Positions 9,776-20,292 of a stretch of 64,000 bases of DNA are shown one piece after another. The notes under the pieces were generated by a model, which did no database searches, was not told the origin of the DNA, and was given only the letters and a program-made list of their open reading frames with translations. The first letter of the stretch is position 1. Every line of letters begins with the position of its first letter. The DNA is from Gemmatimonadota bacterium. Its GTDB lineage: Bacteria; Gemmatimonadota; Gemmatimonadetes; Longimicrobiales; Gaopeijiaceae. The stretch is taken from assembly GCA_039589315.1 (NCBI GenBank), contig JBDHHQ010000008.1:32001-96000 (forward strand), given 5' to 3'. The translations under genes and the position numbers were made by a program.

Positions 9776-11140
9776 ATGACCGATGCCCGAGCGACGATAC
9801 CGGAGCGCCAACCCTCCAGGTCTCGGTGGCTGAACGCGTTGGGCCTGGACCGGAAGGAGGTGCGGGCCTGGGCCATGTACGACTGGGCCAATTCCGCCTT
9901 CGCTACCACCGTCATGGCCGGGGTGCTCCCGGTCTACTACGCGACCGTGGCCGGGGCCGACCTTCCGGGGAATCGGGCCACGGTCTATTGGGCGTACACC
10001 GCCTCCATCGCGCTGGCGATCATCGCCGTCCTGTCGCCGGTCCTGGGTGCCGTGGCCGACTACCTCGGGGCGAAGAAACGATTCCTGGCCGTGTTCGCCG
10101 CCCTGGGCATCGCGGGCACGTCTCTGCTCTACTTCGTGCGGAGCGGCGATTGGCTGTTCGCCTCGTGCGTGTTCATCGTGGCCAACATCGGCTTCGCCGG
10201 CGCCAACGTCTTCTACGAGTCCCTCCTGCCTTCCCTGGCCTCGGACGAGGAGATCGACCGGGTGTCCACTGCCGGATACGCAGTGGGCTACGTCGGCGGC
10301 GGCGTGCTTCTGGCGGTGAACCTGGCGTGGATCCTCATGCCGGAGCGGTTCGGGTTCGCCGACGGTGGCGTCGCGTCGCGCGCGTCCTTCGTCTCCGTCG
10401 CCGTGTGGTGGGCGGTCTTCTCGGTACCGCTCCTTCGACGGGTGCCGGAGCCGGAGCGGAAGCTCGAGGAGGGAGAGTCGCTTTCGGCCAACCCAGTCGG
10501 GATCGGCTTCGCCCGGGTCTGGGAGACGCTGCGGGAGCTCAAGGGGCACAAGGAGATCTTCATCTTTCTCCTGGCCTTCTGGCTCTACAACGACGGCATC
10601 GGGACCATCATCAAGATGGCCACGATCTACGGCTCCGAGATCGGCATCGGCGAGAGCCACCTCATCGGTGCCCTGCTGGTCGTCCAGTTCGTGGGGATCC
10701 CCTTCACCTTCGGCTTCGGCTTCGTGGCGGGGCGGATCGGCGCCAAGCGGGGGATCTACGTGGCCCTGGCCGTCTACACCGCGATCGCCATGCTGGGGTA
10801 CTTCATGGAGTACGCCTGGCAGTTCTGGACCCTGGCGCTCATGGTGGCCATGGTGCAGGGCGGGTCGCAGGCGCTGAGCCGATCGCTCTTCGCCAGCATG
10901 ATCCCGGAGGGCAAGGCGTCGCAGTTCTTCGGGTTCTTCAGCGTCAGCGCCAAATTCGCCGGCATTATCGGCCCGCTCCTCTTCGCTGTCGTCGGGCAGA
11001 TCACGGGCGGCAGCCGCCTGAGCATTCTCTCGCTCATCGTGTTCTTCGTCGGCGGCATGGCCCTGCTCAGCTTGGTGGACGTGGAGGCCGGGCAGCGCAA
11101 GGCACGGGCCGAAGATGCCACGCTGGTGGCCGCGGACTGA
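9776..11140 (+). CDS. MFS transporter (UMF1/Atg22-like)
   Basis: [22 protein letters not shown], about 12 hydrophobic segments. Confidence 0.92.
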   Translation: MTDARATIPERQPSRSRWLNALGLDRKEVRAWAMYDWANSAFATTVMAGVLPVYYATVAGADLPGNRATVYWAYTASIALAIIAVLSPVLGAVADYLGAKKRFLAVFAALGIAGTSLLYFVRSGDWLFASCVFIVANIGFAGANVFYESLLPSLASDEEIDRVSTAGYAVGYVGGGVLLAVNLAWILMPERFGFADGGVASRASFVSVAVWWAVFSVPLLRRVPEPERKLEEGESLSANPVGIGFARVWETLRELKGHKEIFIFLLAFWLYNDGIGTIIKMATIYGSEIGIGESHLIGALLVVQFVGIPFTFGFGFVAGRIGAKRGIYVALAVYTAIAMLGYFMEYAWQFWTLALMVAMVQGGSQALSRSLFASMIPEGKASQFFGFFSVSAKFAGIIGPLLFAVVGQITGGSRLSILSLIVFFVGGMALLSLVDVEAGQRKARAEDATLVAAD

Positions 11141-11250
11141 CCCTCGTGGGCCTGGGACGCCCGGGCTCCCGCGTTCACGGGTAGGAAAGGGGCCAGCGCG
11201 ACCGTGACGCGCCCAGGGAGTCCGATCAGCCGCCGATCGCCCGGGCCGCG

Positions 11251-11280
11251 TTGACGGGCTCATCCCCGGGTCGACATATT
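11251..11280 (+). promoter_or_regulatory. Putative rex promoter
   Basis: TTGACG, 18-nt spacer, CATATT, abutting the Rex operator. Confidence 0.5.
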
Positions 11281-11297
11281 TGTGAAGATTTTCACAA
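11280..11297. promoter_or_regulatory. Rex operator (ROP)
   Basis: Perfect TTGTGAA-gatt-TTCACAA palindrome 15 nt upstream of the rex start codon. Confidence 0.93.
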
Positions 11298-11312
11298 ACC
11301 TCTCGGCCCGCT

Positions 11313-11945
11313 GTGTCGCACAAGATCTCCGACTCGACAATCCGCCGACTTTCGGTTTATCTTCGCCTTCTGGAAGACCTGGAGGTGGAAGGCACCGCAA
11401 CCGTATCCAGTGAGACGTTGGCGCGGCAGGCCGGCGCAACGGCGGCACAGATCCGCAAGGACCTGTCTCTCTTCGGCTCCTTCGGCAAGCGGGGGATGGG
11501 GTACTCCGTCGCCGAGTTGGCCACGCGGGTCCGGGGCATCCTGGGCCTCGCGCGGCAATGGCGCGTAGCGCTGGTCGGAGCGGGTCGGATCGGGTCGGCG
11601 CTGTTCGCCTACCCGAATCTCTCCTCCCGGGGCTTCCACATCGTGACGGTAGTGGACAGCGACCCCGAGAAGGTAGGGAGGCGATGGGGCGAAGTGTGGA
11701 TCCGGCCGGACGACGAGCTGGAACGGGCCATCCAGGAGGAACAGGTGGACATGGCCATCCTGGCGGTCCCCGGGCACGCGGCGCAGGCGGTGATGGACCG
11801 GGTGGTCGCGGCGGGGGTCAGGGGCATTCTCAACTTCGCCCCCGTGCCGCTGCGCGTGCCGGAGGACGTCTGGCTCAAGGACGTCAATCTCGTCATCGAA
11901 ATGGAGGCGCTCTCCTATGCGCTGAGCCAGGAAGCCCCGGACTGA
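11313..11945 (+). CDS. rex: Redox-sensing transcriptional repressor Rex
   Basis: TIRRLSVYLR, QIRKDLSLFGSFGKRGMGY, GAGRIG, GILNFAP. Confidence 0.97.
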   Translation: MSHKISDSTIRRLSVYLRLLEDLEVEGTATVSSETLARQAGATAAQIRKDLSLFGSFGKRGMGYSVAELATRVRGILGLARQWRVALVGAGRIGSALFAYPNLSSRGFHIVTVVDSDPEKVGRRWGEVWIRPDDELERAIQEEQVDMAILAVPGHAAQAVMDRVVAAGVRGILNFAPVPLRVPEDVWLKDVNLVIEMEALSYALSQEAPD

Positions 11946-12772
11946 CCGGGACGTCCCTGGCGGACCGGGCGGCCGAGCTCCTGGGCGATGGCCCGGTCCC
12001 GGCCGCGGAGATCGCGCGCTGCGTCATGGGCCTGACGGGTCCGAGTGACGTCACCGGGACCGTGGTCGACGCGCTGCTCGGCACCGATCGCCGCTTCCGC
12101 CTCCGCAAGGACGGCCGGTGGGAGGTCGTGCCGCGCCCCGGTCCCCCCTCTCCGTCGCTCGGAAGCCTCCGCTACGCCGTCGTGGACGTGGAGACGACAG
12201 GGAGCCTCCGCTGGCGTGGGCATGGCATCGTGGAGATCGCCGTCGTCGAGATCCGGGACGGATTCGTCTGTGACACCTTCCAGACCCTCCTGAATCCGGG
12301 CCGACCCATACCCCCGTTCGTCACCGCGCTCACCGGTATCACGCCCGCCATGGTGGCGGGAGCCCCGCTCTTCGAGCACGTGGCGCCACGGGTGTTCGAG
12401 CGGCTTGCCGGACGCGTCTTCGTGGCTCACAACGTGGGCTTCGACTGGGGATTCGTGCGGTCCCACCTTCAGCACTCGCTGGGGCAGGTTCCCGAGGTGC
12501 CGCGACTGTGCACCGTGCACCTGGCCAGACGACTGCTGCCCCGGATTCGGCGCCGGAATCTCGATGCGCTCTCCAGTCATTTCGGGATCGAGATCCACGG
12601 GCGGCACCGGGCGCTCGGTGATGCCTTGGCGACGGCCCGGATCCTCTTGCGGCTGTTGGATGAGGCGCGCAGGGTGGGCATCGGGGACCTGAGTGCGCTG
12701 GGGGCGTTGCTCGCCATCCCGCGCCGCGGACGGGGCGGGGCCCTCCCGGCATCCAGTGCGATGCGCGCGTGA
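11942..12772 (+). CDS. DEDDh 3'-5' exonuclease (DnaQ/PolC-exonuclease-like)
   Basis: VVDVETTG, VAHNVGFD, HRALGDA. Start uncertain: CTG 11942 or ATG 12026. Confidence 0.9.
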   Translation: MTGTSLADRAAELLGDGPVPAAEIARCVMGLTGPSDVTGTVVDALLGTDRRFRLRKDGRWEVVPRPGPPSPSLGSLRYAVVDVETTGSLRWRGHGIVEIAVVEIRDGFVCDTFQTLLNPGRPIPPFVTALTGITPAMVAGAPLFEHVAPRVFERLAGRVFVAHNVGFDWGFVRSHLQHSLGQVPEVPRLCTVHLARRLLPRIRRRNLDALSSHFGIEIHGRHRALGDALATARILLRLLDEARRVGIGDLSALGALLAIPRRGRGGALPASSAMRA

Positions 12773-12987
12773 GCGAGGGCGGCAGAGCTCGGCGGGTGCG
12801 CCCCCACGGGTACAGCGAGAGCCTTCGGACGGAAGGGTAGTCCCAACCTCTTCTGGCCGGGGGGTGGTCGTGACCCTCGGGGCGAAATAACCTATGTTAT
12901 ACCGCTGTTCGGCAGTCGCCCGAACGGGCCCTGGGCCCGGCATTCCCCGCCGCCGGGCCCGACCATGAAATCGCGGGAGAGAGACGG

Positions 12988-14199
12988 ATGACCGATAGAT
13001 CGCGCACGCCTGTCCTGATCGAAGGCGCCCGCACTCCCATCGGGAGATTCATGGGCGGCCTCAGCCCCCTTTCGGCTCCCGAGCTGGGTGCGATCGCCAT
13101 CCGGGCGGCGGTCGAGCGCTCGGGCATCGACGGGGCCGAGATCGACGAGATCATCATGGGCAACGTCGTCACCGCGGGCGAAGGCCAGGCACCGGCTCGC
13201 CAGGCCGCGATCCAGGGCGGCGTCCCGGCGTCGGTTCCGGCGGTTACCGTGAACAAGGTGTGTGGATCGGGGCTCAAGGCGGTGATGCTGGCAGCGCAAT
13301 CGATCAAGGCGGGAGACAACCAGCTCGTGGTGGCCGGCGGTTTCGAATCGATGTCCAACGTACCCTACTACGTCCGGGGTCTGCGCGGCGGGGTGAAGTT
13401 CGGAAACCAGTCCCTGGAGGACGGGCTGATCCACGATGGGCTCTGGTGCTCGTTCGGCCATTGCCACATGGGTGGCCACGCCGAGTACACGGCCGCCCGG
13501 GCCGGGGTGACCCGGGGTGACGCCGACGCCTTTTCCCTGGAGTCCCACCGGCGCGCGGTCGATGCCATGGAGAGCGGCAAGTTCAAGGACGAGATCGTGC
13601 CCGTGGCGATAGAGACTCGGCGCGGCACCACCGTGGTGGACTCCGACGAGGGCCCCCGACGGGATACCAGCCTGGAGGCGCTCGGCAAGCTCCGGCCCGC
13701 CTTCCCGAAGGACGCGCCGTCGGAGATCGACGACCTGGTGGTGACCGCGGGGAACGCGCCCGGGCTGAACGACGGGGGAGCCGCCGTGGTCGTGGCCTCT
13801 CAGGCGTTCGCGGACGCCCATGGCCTGGAATACGAAGCCGTCATCACCGGGTACGCCTCGGGCGGCATGGAGCCCCAGGAGCTCTTCTTCGCCCCGGTCG
13901 TCGCGGTGCGCAACCTCATGGCGAAGGAGGGCAAGGTCATCGGCGACTACGGACTCGTGGAGCTGAATGAGGCATTCGCCGTTCAAGCGCTTGCCGACAT
14001 GCGCGAGCTGGAGATGGACCACGAGCGCGTGAACGTGCACGGTGGCGCCGTGGCCCTCGGGCATCCCATCGGCGCCTCCGGCACACGCATCCTCGTGACG
14101 CTTCTTCACGCCATGGAGGATCGCGACGTCGACTCCGGCCTCGCCACGCTCTGTCTGGGCGGCGGCAACGCGGTCGCCCTTTCCGTGGAGCGCCCCTAG
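12988..14199 (+). CDS. Acetyl-CoA C-acetyltransferase (thiolase)
   Basis: NKVCGSG, NEAFA, GHPIGASG, CLGGG. Confidence 0.97.
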   Translation: MTDRSRTPVLIEGARTPIGRFMGGLSPLSAPELGAIAIRAAVERSGIDGAEIDEIIMGNVVTAGEGQAPARQAAIQGGVPASVPAVTVNKVCGSGLKAVMLAAQSIKAGDNQLVVAGGFESMSNVPYYVRGLRGGVKFGNQSLEDGLIHDGLWCSFGHCHMGGHAEYTAARAGVTRGDADAFSLESHRRAVDAMESGKFKDEIVPVAIETRRGTTVVDSDEGPRRDTSLEALGKLRPAFPKDAPSEIDDLVVTAGNAPGLNDGGAAVVVASQAFADAHGLEYEAVITGYASGGMEPQELFFAPVVAVRNLMAKEGKVIGDYGLVELNEAFAVQALADMRELEMDHERVNVHGGAVALGHPIGASGTRILVTLLHAMEDRDVDSGLATLCLGGGNAVALSVERP

Positions 14200-14248
14200 C
14201 GTCCCACGGGCGCGAACACCCGGATCTGAACCCAGGAGCACCGCCGCA

Positions 14249-14833
14249 ATGAACGAAGCCACCGGAGCGCACCGGACTTGGGCACCTACCGAGCTGGTGC
14301 CGGACCGCCGCATGAGGACAGCCCTCGGCGGCGCGGCATTCGTGATCGCCATGACAGTGAGTGCGTACGTGGCGATCCCGGTGCCGTGGAGCCCCGTACC
14401 CATGACGCTGCAGCCCATGGTGGTCCTCCTGGCCGGGGCCCTTCTGGGGCCCGTGACCGGGGCGGCTGCGATGGCGAGCTACCTCGCTGTGGGCGTCGTG
14501 GGCGCCCCCGTCTTCGCCGGTGGCCACGCCGGGCTCCCGTGGCTCGTGGGTCCCACGGGTGGCTACCTCATGGCGTTTCCCGCCGCAGCCCTGGTGGTTG
14601 GCCTCGTGGCGGGCCGGAGTCGGCGGTGGCTCCCGGTCCTGCTCGGGCTCCTCGCGGGCCTGGGCACCATCTACCTGGGCGGCATCACCCAGCTGGCGGT
14701 GGTGACGGGACAGGATCCCCGGGCGCTCCTGGCCCTCGGCGTGGTCCCGTTCCTGGGGGGAGATCTGATCAAGGTGGCTCTCGCCCTCATCATCGTCAGG
14801 CGGTTCCGCAAGGAGGGCCTCGGAGGCAGCTAG
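14249..14833 (+). CDS. bioY: Biotin transporter BioY
   Basis: PVPMTLQ, GAPVFAGG, GPTGGYL, PFLGGDLIK. Confidence 0.93.
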   Translation: MNEATGAHRTWAPTELVPDRRMRTALGGAAFVIAMTVSAYVAIPVPWSPVPMTLQPMVVLLAGALLGPVTGAAAMASYLAVGVVGAPVFAGGHAGLPWLVGPTGGYLMAFPAAALVVGLVAGRSRRWLPVLLGLLAGLGTIYLGGITQLAVVTGQDPRALLALGVVPFLGGDLIKVALALIIVRRFRKEGLGGS

Positions 14834-14853
14834 CCGTCCGAGGCCTTCTTCTT
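14816..14853 (+). terminator. Possible intrinsic terminator overlapping the bioY stop
   Basis: GGCCTCGGA...TCCGAGGCC stem followed by TTCTTCTT. Confidence 0.4.
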
Positions 14854-14953
14854 GGCAGCGCGCCCCGGACGGCGCGCTGCGGTCGCTGGAGCCCGGGGAT
14901 CGGTCCGGGCGCGTGACCGCGCAGAGTACGGAAAGAACAGGAGGAAGAGGGAC

Positions 14954-15805
14954 TTGCAGCGGATCGTCGTCATCGGCGGTGGAACCATGGGGAATGGCAT
15001 CGCGCACGTCTGTGCCCAGCACGGCCGTGACGTGACGCTGGTGGACGTTGCGCGGAACGTGCTGGACGACGCGCTCTCGACGATCGGCCGCAATCTCGAC
15101 CGGCAAGTGGGGAAGGGGATCCTGGACGACGAGGCGCGCACTGCCACGTTGGCCCGGCTCCGGGTGTCCACCTCTCTGGAGGAGGCCTCTGCCGACGCCG
15201 AGTTGGTCGTCGAGGCCGTGCCGGAGAGGGCCGAGCTCAAGGCCCGGATCTTCGGTGCCCTGGACGAAGCGGCCCCCGAGGCCGCAGTCCTGGCCAGCAA
15301 CACGTCGTCCATTTCCATCACCGAGATCGCCGCCGCGACGTCCAGGCCCGAGAAGGTCATCGGGATGCACTTCATGAACCCGGTTCCCGTCATGAAGCTC
15401 GTGGAGGTGATTCGCGGGCTCGCCACCGACGAGGCCACCACCGCTGCGGTCATGGACCTGTCGCGTGAGCTGGGCAAGACGCCCGTGGAGGTGGCGGACT
15501 TTCCGGGGTTCGTGTCCAATCGGGTACTCATGCCCATGGTCAACGAGGCGGTGTTCGCCTTGATGGAGGGCGTAGCCGATGCCGAGGCCATCGACACGGT
15601 CATGAAGCTGGGGATGAACCATCCCATGGGCCCTCTTGCTCTCGCCGACCTCATCGGCTTGGACACCTGCCTCAACATCCTGGAGGTTCTCCATCGGGAC
15701 CTGGGGGACGACCGCTACCGGCCGTGTCCGCTGCTGAGGAAGTACGTGGCGGCGGGCTGGCATGGCCGCAAGAGCGGTCGTGGGTTCCATCGTTACGCCG
15801 GGTAG
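14954..15805 (+). CDS. hbd: 3-hydroxybutyryl-CoA dehydrogenase
   Basis: GGGTMGNGIA, ASNTSSI, GMHFMNPVP, HPMGPL, GRKSGRGF; TTG start after a purine-rich RBS. Confidence 0.95.
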   Translation: MQRIVVIGGGTMGNGIAHVCAQHGRDVTLVDVARNVLDDALSTIGRNLDRQVGKGILDDEARTATLARLRVSTSLEEASADAELVVEAVPERAELKARIFGALDEAAPEAAVLASNTSSISITEIAAATSRPEKVIGMHFMNPVPVMKLVEVIRGLATDEATTAAVMDLSRELGKTPVEVADFPGFVSNRVLMPMVNEAVFALMEGVADAEAIDTVMKLGMNHPMGPLALADLIGLDTCLNILEVLHRDLGDDRYRPCPLLRKYVAAGWHGRKSGRGFHRYAG

Positions 15806-15818
15806 AGGACGAGTCCAC

Positions 15819-17006
15819 GTGGTGCTGACACCCGAACAGATCGAGATCCGGGACCTGGCGCGAGACTTCGCCGCCGGTGAGATCCGGACCCGCGCGGGTC
15901 ATTGGGACGAACACCGGCGTCTCGACGAGGACATCTTCGCCAAGCTCGGAGAGCTGGGCTTCCTCGGCATGCTGGTGCCCGAGGAGCATGGGGGCCTGGA
16001 GTTGGACCTGACCACCTACCTCCTGGTCCTCGAGCAGCTGGCCTGGGGGGACGCCAGCGTGGCGCTGTCCGTGGGGATCCAGAACGGTCCGCTGGTGGGG
16101 CTGATCCTCGCGCACGGCACGGACGAACAGAAGGAGCGCTGGCTCCCGGAGCTGGCGAGCGGGAGTCTCCTGGGTGCCTTCGCGCTTTCGGAGCGAGCCG
16201 CCGGCAGTGATGCCGCGGCCCTCGCCGCGAGGGCCTTTCCCGCGGGCGACGGGTGGCGCTTGGAGGGCCGCAAGAAGTGGGTGACCAACGGCGACCGCGC
16301 CGGCGTCATCCTGGTGTTCGCCCGCCTGGAGGGCACCGATCACGACCCGGCCCCCATGGGTGCGTTCCTGGTGGACCGGAGCGCTCACGGCTACGAGGTC
16401 GGCCGGCGGGAGAAGACCATGGGACTCCGGGCATCCCAGACCGTAGAGGTGGTGCTGGATTCCGTGGCGGTGGACGGCGAGCGCCTGATCTCCCTGCCCG
16501 ACGACGGGTTCGTCTCGGTGCTGCGTGCGCTGGATCTGGCCCGTCTGGGGGACGCCGCCATCTCGGTGGGTATCGGCCAGTCGGCGTTCGAGCACGCCAC
16601 GGCGTATGCGCTGGAGCGCCACCAGTTCGGGACGGCCATTGCCGACTTCGGGGCGATACAGGCCAAGCTCGCCGACATGGCGACGAGAATCGCCGGGGCC
16701 CGGGCCCTCACTCTCGACGTGGCCAGCCGCTTCTCAGCGGCCCGGCAGGCGGGGAATGTGCGCGGCCCCACCGGTTCTTCGAGTCTGCGGGCCTCGGCGG
16801 CCATGGCGAAGCTGAACGCCAGCCAGGCTGCCCTCTGGGTCGCTGACGAGGCGGTGCAGATCTTCGGAGGGTACGGCTACATGCGGGACTACCCGGTGGA
16901 GAAGCTCCTCCGGGACGCGAAGGGCACGGAAATCCTCGAGGGCACCAGCGAGATCATGCGCGTGGCCATTGCCCGTGAGGTCATCAAAGAAGCCAAGGAG
17001 GCGTAG
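15819..17006 (+). CDS. Acyl-CoA dehydrogenase
   Basis: FALSE..AGSD, KKWVTNG, ERHQFG, QIFGGYGY, EGTSEI. Confidence 0.95.
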   Translation: MVLTPEQIEIRDLARDFAAGEIRTRAGHWDEHRRLDEDIFAKLGELGFLGMLVPEEHGGLELDLTTYLLVLEQLAWGDASVALSVGIQNGPLVGLILAHGTDEQKERWLPELASGSLLGAFALSERAAGSDAAALAARAFPAGDGWRLEGRKKWVTNGDRAGVILVFARLEGTDHDPAPMGAFLVDRSAHGYEVGRREKTMGLRASQTVEVVLDSVAVDGERLISLPDDGFVSVLRALDLARLGDAAISVGIGQSAFEHATAYALERHQFGTAIADFGAIQAKLADMATRIAGARALTLDVASRFSAARQAGNVRGPTGSSSLRASAAMAKLNASQAALWVADEAVQIFGGYGYMRDYPVEKLLRDAKGTEILEGTSEIMRVAIAREVIKEAKEA

Positions 17007-17104
17007 TGGCGACAGGTCAACGAACCGCGGTCGAATGGTCCGAAACGGGAACCGAGCGGCCATCGCCCCCGAAGACGACCCCAAGCACGACGGAGCCGGA
17101 GCGC

Positions 17105-18160
17105 ATGGAGATCTTCGAGATGATGGCGGTCCGCGAGCACGAGCAGCTCCTGTTCTGGAGCGAGCCGTCCATCGGGTATCGGGGCATCATCGCGATTCAT
17201 GACACGACTTTGGGCCCTGCGCTGGGGGGCACCCGCTTCTGGTCCTACGCCGGCGATCAAGAAGCGCTGGTGGACGTTCTCCGGCTCTCCCGCGGCATGA
17301 CCTACAAGGCGGCCATCACCGGGCTCAACCTCGGCGGTGGCAAGTCGGTCATCATCGGCGACAACCGCACCCTGGATCGGGAGATGATCTTCCGGGCCCA
17401 CGGTCGGGCGGTGGATTCGCTCAAGGGTCGCTACATCACGGCGGAGGACGTGGGTACGTCGGTCGACGACATGGAGTTCATCCGCATGGAGACGGACTCG
17501 GTCGTCGGCGTCTACGGCGGATCGGGCGATCCGTCCCCGGTCACCGCCTACGGCGTCTATCGCGGCATCAAGGCGTGCGCCATGTTCCGGTACGGAGAGG
17601 ACAGCCTGGACGGCAAGCACGTGGCGGTTCAGGGCGTCGGGCACGTCGGATACTTCCTGTGCGAGTATCTCGCGCAGGAGGGCGCCAGGCTCACCGTGAC
17701 GGACATCGACGACGAGCGTGTCGCCCGCGTGGTCGAGGAGTTCGGCGCGTCTGCCGTTCAGTTGGACGACATCTATGCGGTGGACGCCGACGTGTTCGCA
17801 CCATGTGCCCTCGGAGCCGTCATCAATGACGACACCCTCCCGGTGTTGAAAGTCGACATCGTGGCCGGGGCGGCCAACAATCAGTTGGCCCGGGAGAACC
17901 ATGGCCGGGAGGCCGAGCGCCACGGGATCCTCTACGCACCGGACTACGTGATCAATGCGGGCGGGCTCTGCAACGTGTACGCCGAGCTCCACGACTGGAA
18001 GCCCGAGCGCAGCCGTCGCAAGGCGGGGGAGATCTACGGGACGCTGCTCCGCATCTTCGAGCGCGCGAAGGAAGAGGGGATCCCGACGAGCGAGGCCGCG
18101 GACCGCCTCGCGGAGCAGAGGATCGAGCAGGCGCGCCAGCTACAGCGCACATGGCTCTGA
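17105..18160 (+). CDS. Leu/Phe/Val dehydrogenase
   Basis: GPALGGTR, GMTYK, GGGKSVI, TAEDVGT, GAANNQL. Confidence 0.95.
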   Translation: MEIFEMMAVREHEQLLFWSEPSIGYRGIIAIHDTTLGPALGGTRFWSYAGDQEALVDVLRLSRGMTYKAAITGLNLGGGKSVIIGDNRTLDREMIFRAHGRAVDSLKGRYITAEDVGTSVDDMEFIRMETDSVVGVYGGSGDPSPVTAYGVYRGIKACAMFRYGEDSLDGKHVAVQGVGHVGYFLCEYLAQEGARLTVTDIDDERVARVVEEFGASAVQLDDIYAVDADVFAPCALGAVINDDTLPVLKVDIVAGAANNQLARENHGREAERHGILYAPDYVINAGGLCNVYAELHDWKPERSRRKAGEIYGTLLRIFERAKEEGIPTSEAADRLAEQRIEQARQLQRTWL

Positions 18161-18244
18161 GACCCGGTAGCGGGCGGACCGCCGCGACACGGTGACGGGA
18201 CACCAGGAAACGGCAAGACGAGGACTCGAACCCGGCAGGGGCGG

Positions 18245-19501
18245 ATGGAGCACCTGAAAAACGTGGATCCGGAGATCTTCGAGACGATTCGTAGGGAAGC
18301 TGAGCGTCAGGGCTCGCAGCTCGAACTCATCGCCAGCGAGAACTTCGTGTCGCGGGCCGTCCTCGAGGCCACGGGCACGGTCCTGACGAACAAGTACGCC
18401 GAGGGACTGCCCGGAAAGCGGTACTACGGCGGGTGCGAGTTCGTGGACGTGGCTGAGGACCTCGCCCGGGATCGGGCGACGCAACTGTTCGGCGCCGATC
18501 ACGCGAACGTCCAGCCACACTCCGGCGCCCAGGCCAACATGGCGGCTTTTCTAGCCTTCCTGAAGCCCGGCGACCTGATTCTCGGGATGGACTTGAACCA
18601 CGGGGGGCATCTCACACACGGCTCACCCGTGAATTTCAGCGGCCAGCTCTTCGAGGTGGCGGCCTACGGGGTCGACGAGGCGACGGGCCGCATCGACTAC
18701 GATCGGCTCCACGCCCAGGCCCGGGAGGTCCGTCCGGCGATGATCATCGCGGGGGCGAGCGCCTACCCACGGATCATCGACTTCGCCGCCTTCGGCCAGG
18801 TCGCTCAGGACGTCGGTGCCCTCCTGCTCGTCGATATGGCCCACATCGCCGGGCTGGTAGCGGCGGAGGTCCACCCCAGCCCCGTTCCCCACGCGGACGT
18901 CGTGACGACCACCACGCACAAGACGCTGCGGGGGCCGCGCGGCGGCATGATCCTCTGCCGGGCCGAACACGCCCGAGCCATTGACAAAGCGGTGTTCCCG
19001 GGTACCCAGGGCGGTCCCCTGATGCACGCCATCGCCGCTAAGGCAGTCGCGCTCAAAGAGGCGGCTCAGCCCGACTTCACGACGTATTCCCGCCAGGTCG
19101 TGGCCAACGCCGTGGCCATGGCCGACGGGCTCCTGGAGCGGGGCTTCGACCTCGTCAGCGGCGGCACCGACAGCCACCTGATTCTCGTGGACCTGCGTAA
19201 TCGCCGCGAGCTCACCGGGAAGGACGCCGAGCTCGCATTGGAGGAGGCCGGGATCACCGTGAACAAGAACACGGTGCCGGGAGAAACCCGGTCACCGTTC
19301 GTTACGTCCGGTCTCCGCATCGGCACCGCGGCCCTGACCAGTCGCGGGATGGGAGAGACCGAGATGGCCGGCATCGCCGATTGGATCGCCGACGTCCTGG
19401 AGGACCCCGAAGACGAGGGCATCCGCAGCCGTGTCCGAGGCGAGGTCGTGGAGCTGTGCGACGCCTTCCCCCTTTACAGGGAGTTGGCGAGCCTGGCATA
19501 G
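18245..19501 (+). CDS. glyA: Serine hydroxymethyltransferase
   Basis: [33 protein letters not shown]. Confidence 0.98.
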   Translation: MEHLKNVDPEIFETIRREAERQGSQLELIASENFVSRAVLEATGTVLTNKYAEGLPGKRYYGGCEFVDVAEDLARDRATQLFGADHANVQPHSGAQANMAAFLAFLKPGDLILGMDLNHGGHLTHGSPVNFSGQLFEVAAYGVDEATGRIDYDRLHAQAREVRPAMIIAGASAYPRIIDFAAFGQVAQDVGALLLVDMAHIAGLVAAEVHPSPVPHADVVTTTTHKTLRGPRGGMILCRAEHARAIDKAVFPGTQGGPLMHAIAAKAVALKEAAQPDFTTYSRQVVANAVAMADGLLERGFDLVSGGTDSHLILVDLRNRRELTGKDAELALEEAGITVNKNTVPGETRSPFVTSGLRIGTAALTSRGMGETEMAGIADWIADVLEDPEDEGIRSRVRGEVVELCDAFPLYRELASLA

Positions 19502-19588
19502 TTCCCCCGGCGCCGAGCGGGCGTCGGGGACCGTATCCGGGCGAGGGCCAGGTTTGCGCCCCGCACCCGAGATCGTAAGATTCCTGAT

Positions 19589-19969
19589 ATGACTGACTTG
19601 CAGTTCGCAGAGAGCATCCTGGATCAGCTCCGGGAGAGGAACCCGCGCTTCCACGGGAAAGCGTACTTGTTCCTCCTGTCTGCCCTTCACTCGGTCATGA
19701 AGGATCTGGACGAGCCCCGCCACATCTCGGGCCAGGAGCTCGCCGAGGGCGTCCGTGAGCTTGCCCTCGAACAGTACGGCCCCATCGCACGGACCGTGCT
19801 CGAGCACTGGGGCATCCACACGACTCGGGACCTCGGGGAGATCGTGTTCACGCTGGTGGACGCTGGTGTGCTCATCAAGCAAAGTGGCGACTCGAGGGCC
19901 GACTTCGAGGACATCTTCGACTTCGAGGACGTCTTCGAGCGCGACTACCCATGGGGTGCCGCGAGCTAG
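19589..19969 (+). CDS. Minf_1886-family (PVC-type) conserved protein
   Basis: RHISGQEL...YGPIARTVLEHWGIHTTRDLGEIVF...DF pattern. Confidence 0.8.
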   Translation: MTDLQFAESILDQLRERNPRFHGKAYLFLLSALHSVMKDLDEPRHISGQELAEGVRELALEQYGPIARTVLEHWGIHTTRDLGEIVFTLVDAGVLIKQSGDSRADFEDIFDFEDVFERDYPWGAAS

Positions 19970-20026
19970 GGGCCAGGAGGGCCGCCAGCCTGCGCACGCC
20001 GCAGCTTTCCACGCAGACGGGAGGGG

Positions 20027-20230
20027 TTGAACATGGAGGACGGTCGTGGATTCCCTAGTTGTCTGAAGTGCGAGACCGGTCTTCTGCTGCCGCTTTCCGA
20101 CTACGGCAGGGACGGAGCACCGATCCGGTACAAGGCATGGGTGTGCTCGAACCCGGATTGCGGGTTCAACATCCGCATCGACAACGGGGAGATCACGCTG
20201 GGCCGAAATATCGGTCAGAGCTACAAGTAG
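20027..20230 (+). CDS. Small zinc-ribbon-like protein of unknown function
   Basis: CxxC...WVCSNPDCG; RBS GGGAGGGG upstream. Confidence 0.75.
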   Translation: MNMEDGRGFPSCLKCETGLLLPLSDYGRDGAPIRYKAWVCSNPDCGFNIRIDNGEITLGRNIGQSYK

Positions 20231-20292
20231 GTCCCACCGGAGGGTCTGCCGGCAGCGCTTCCCTGTACAAGGGACTGGAGGGGGGGTGACCC

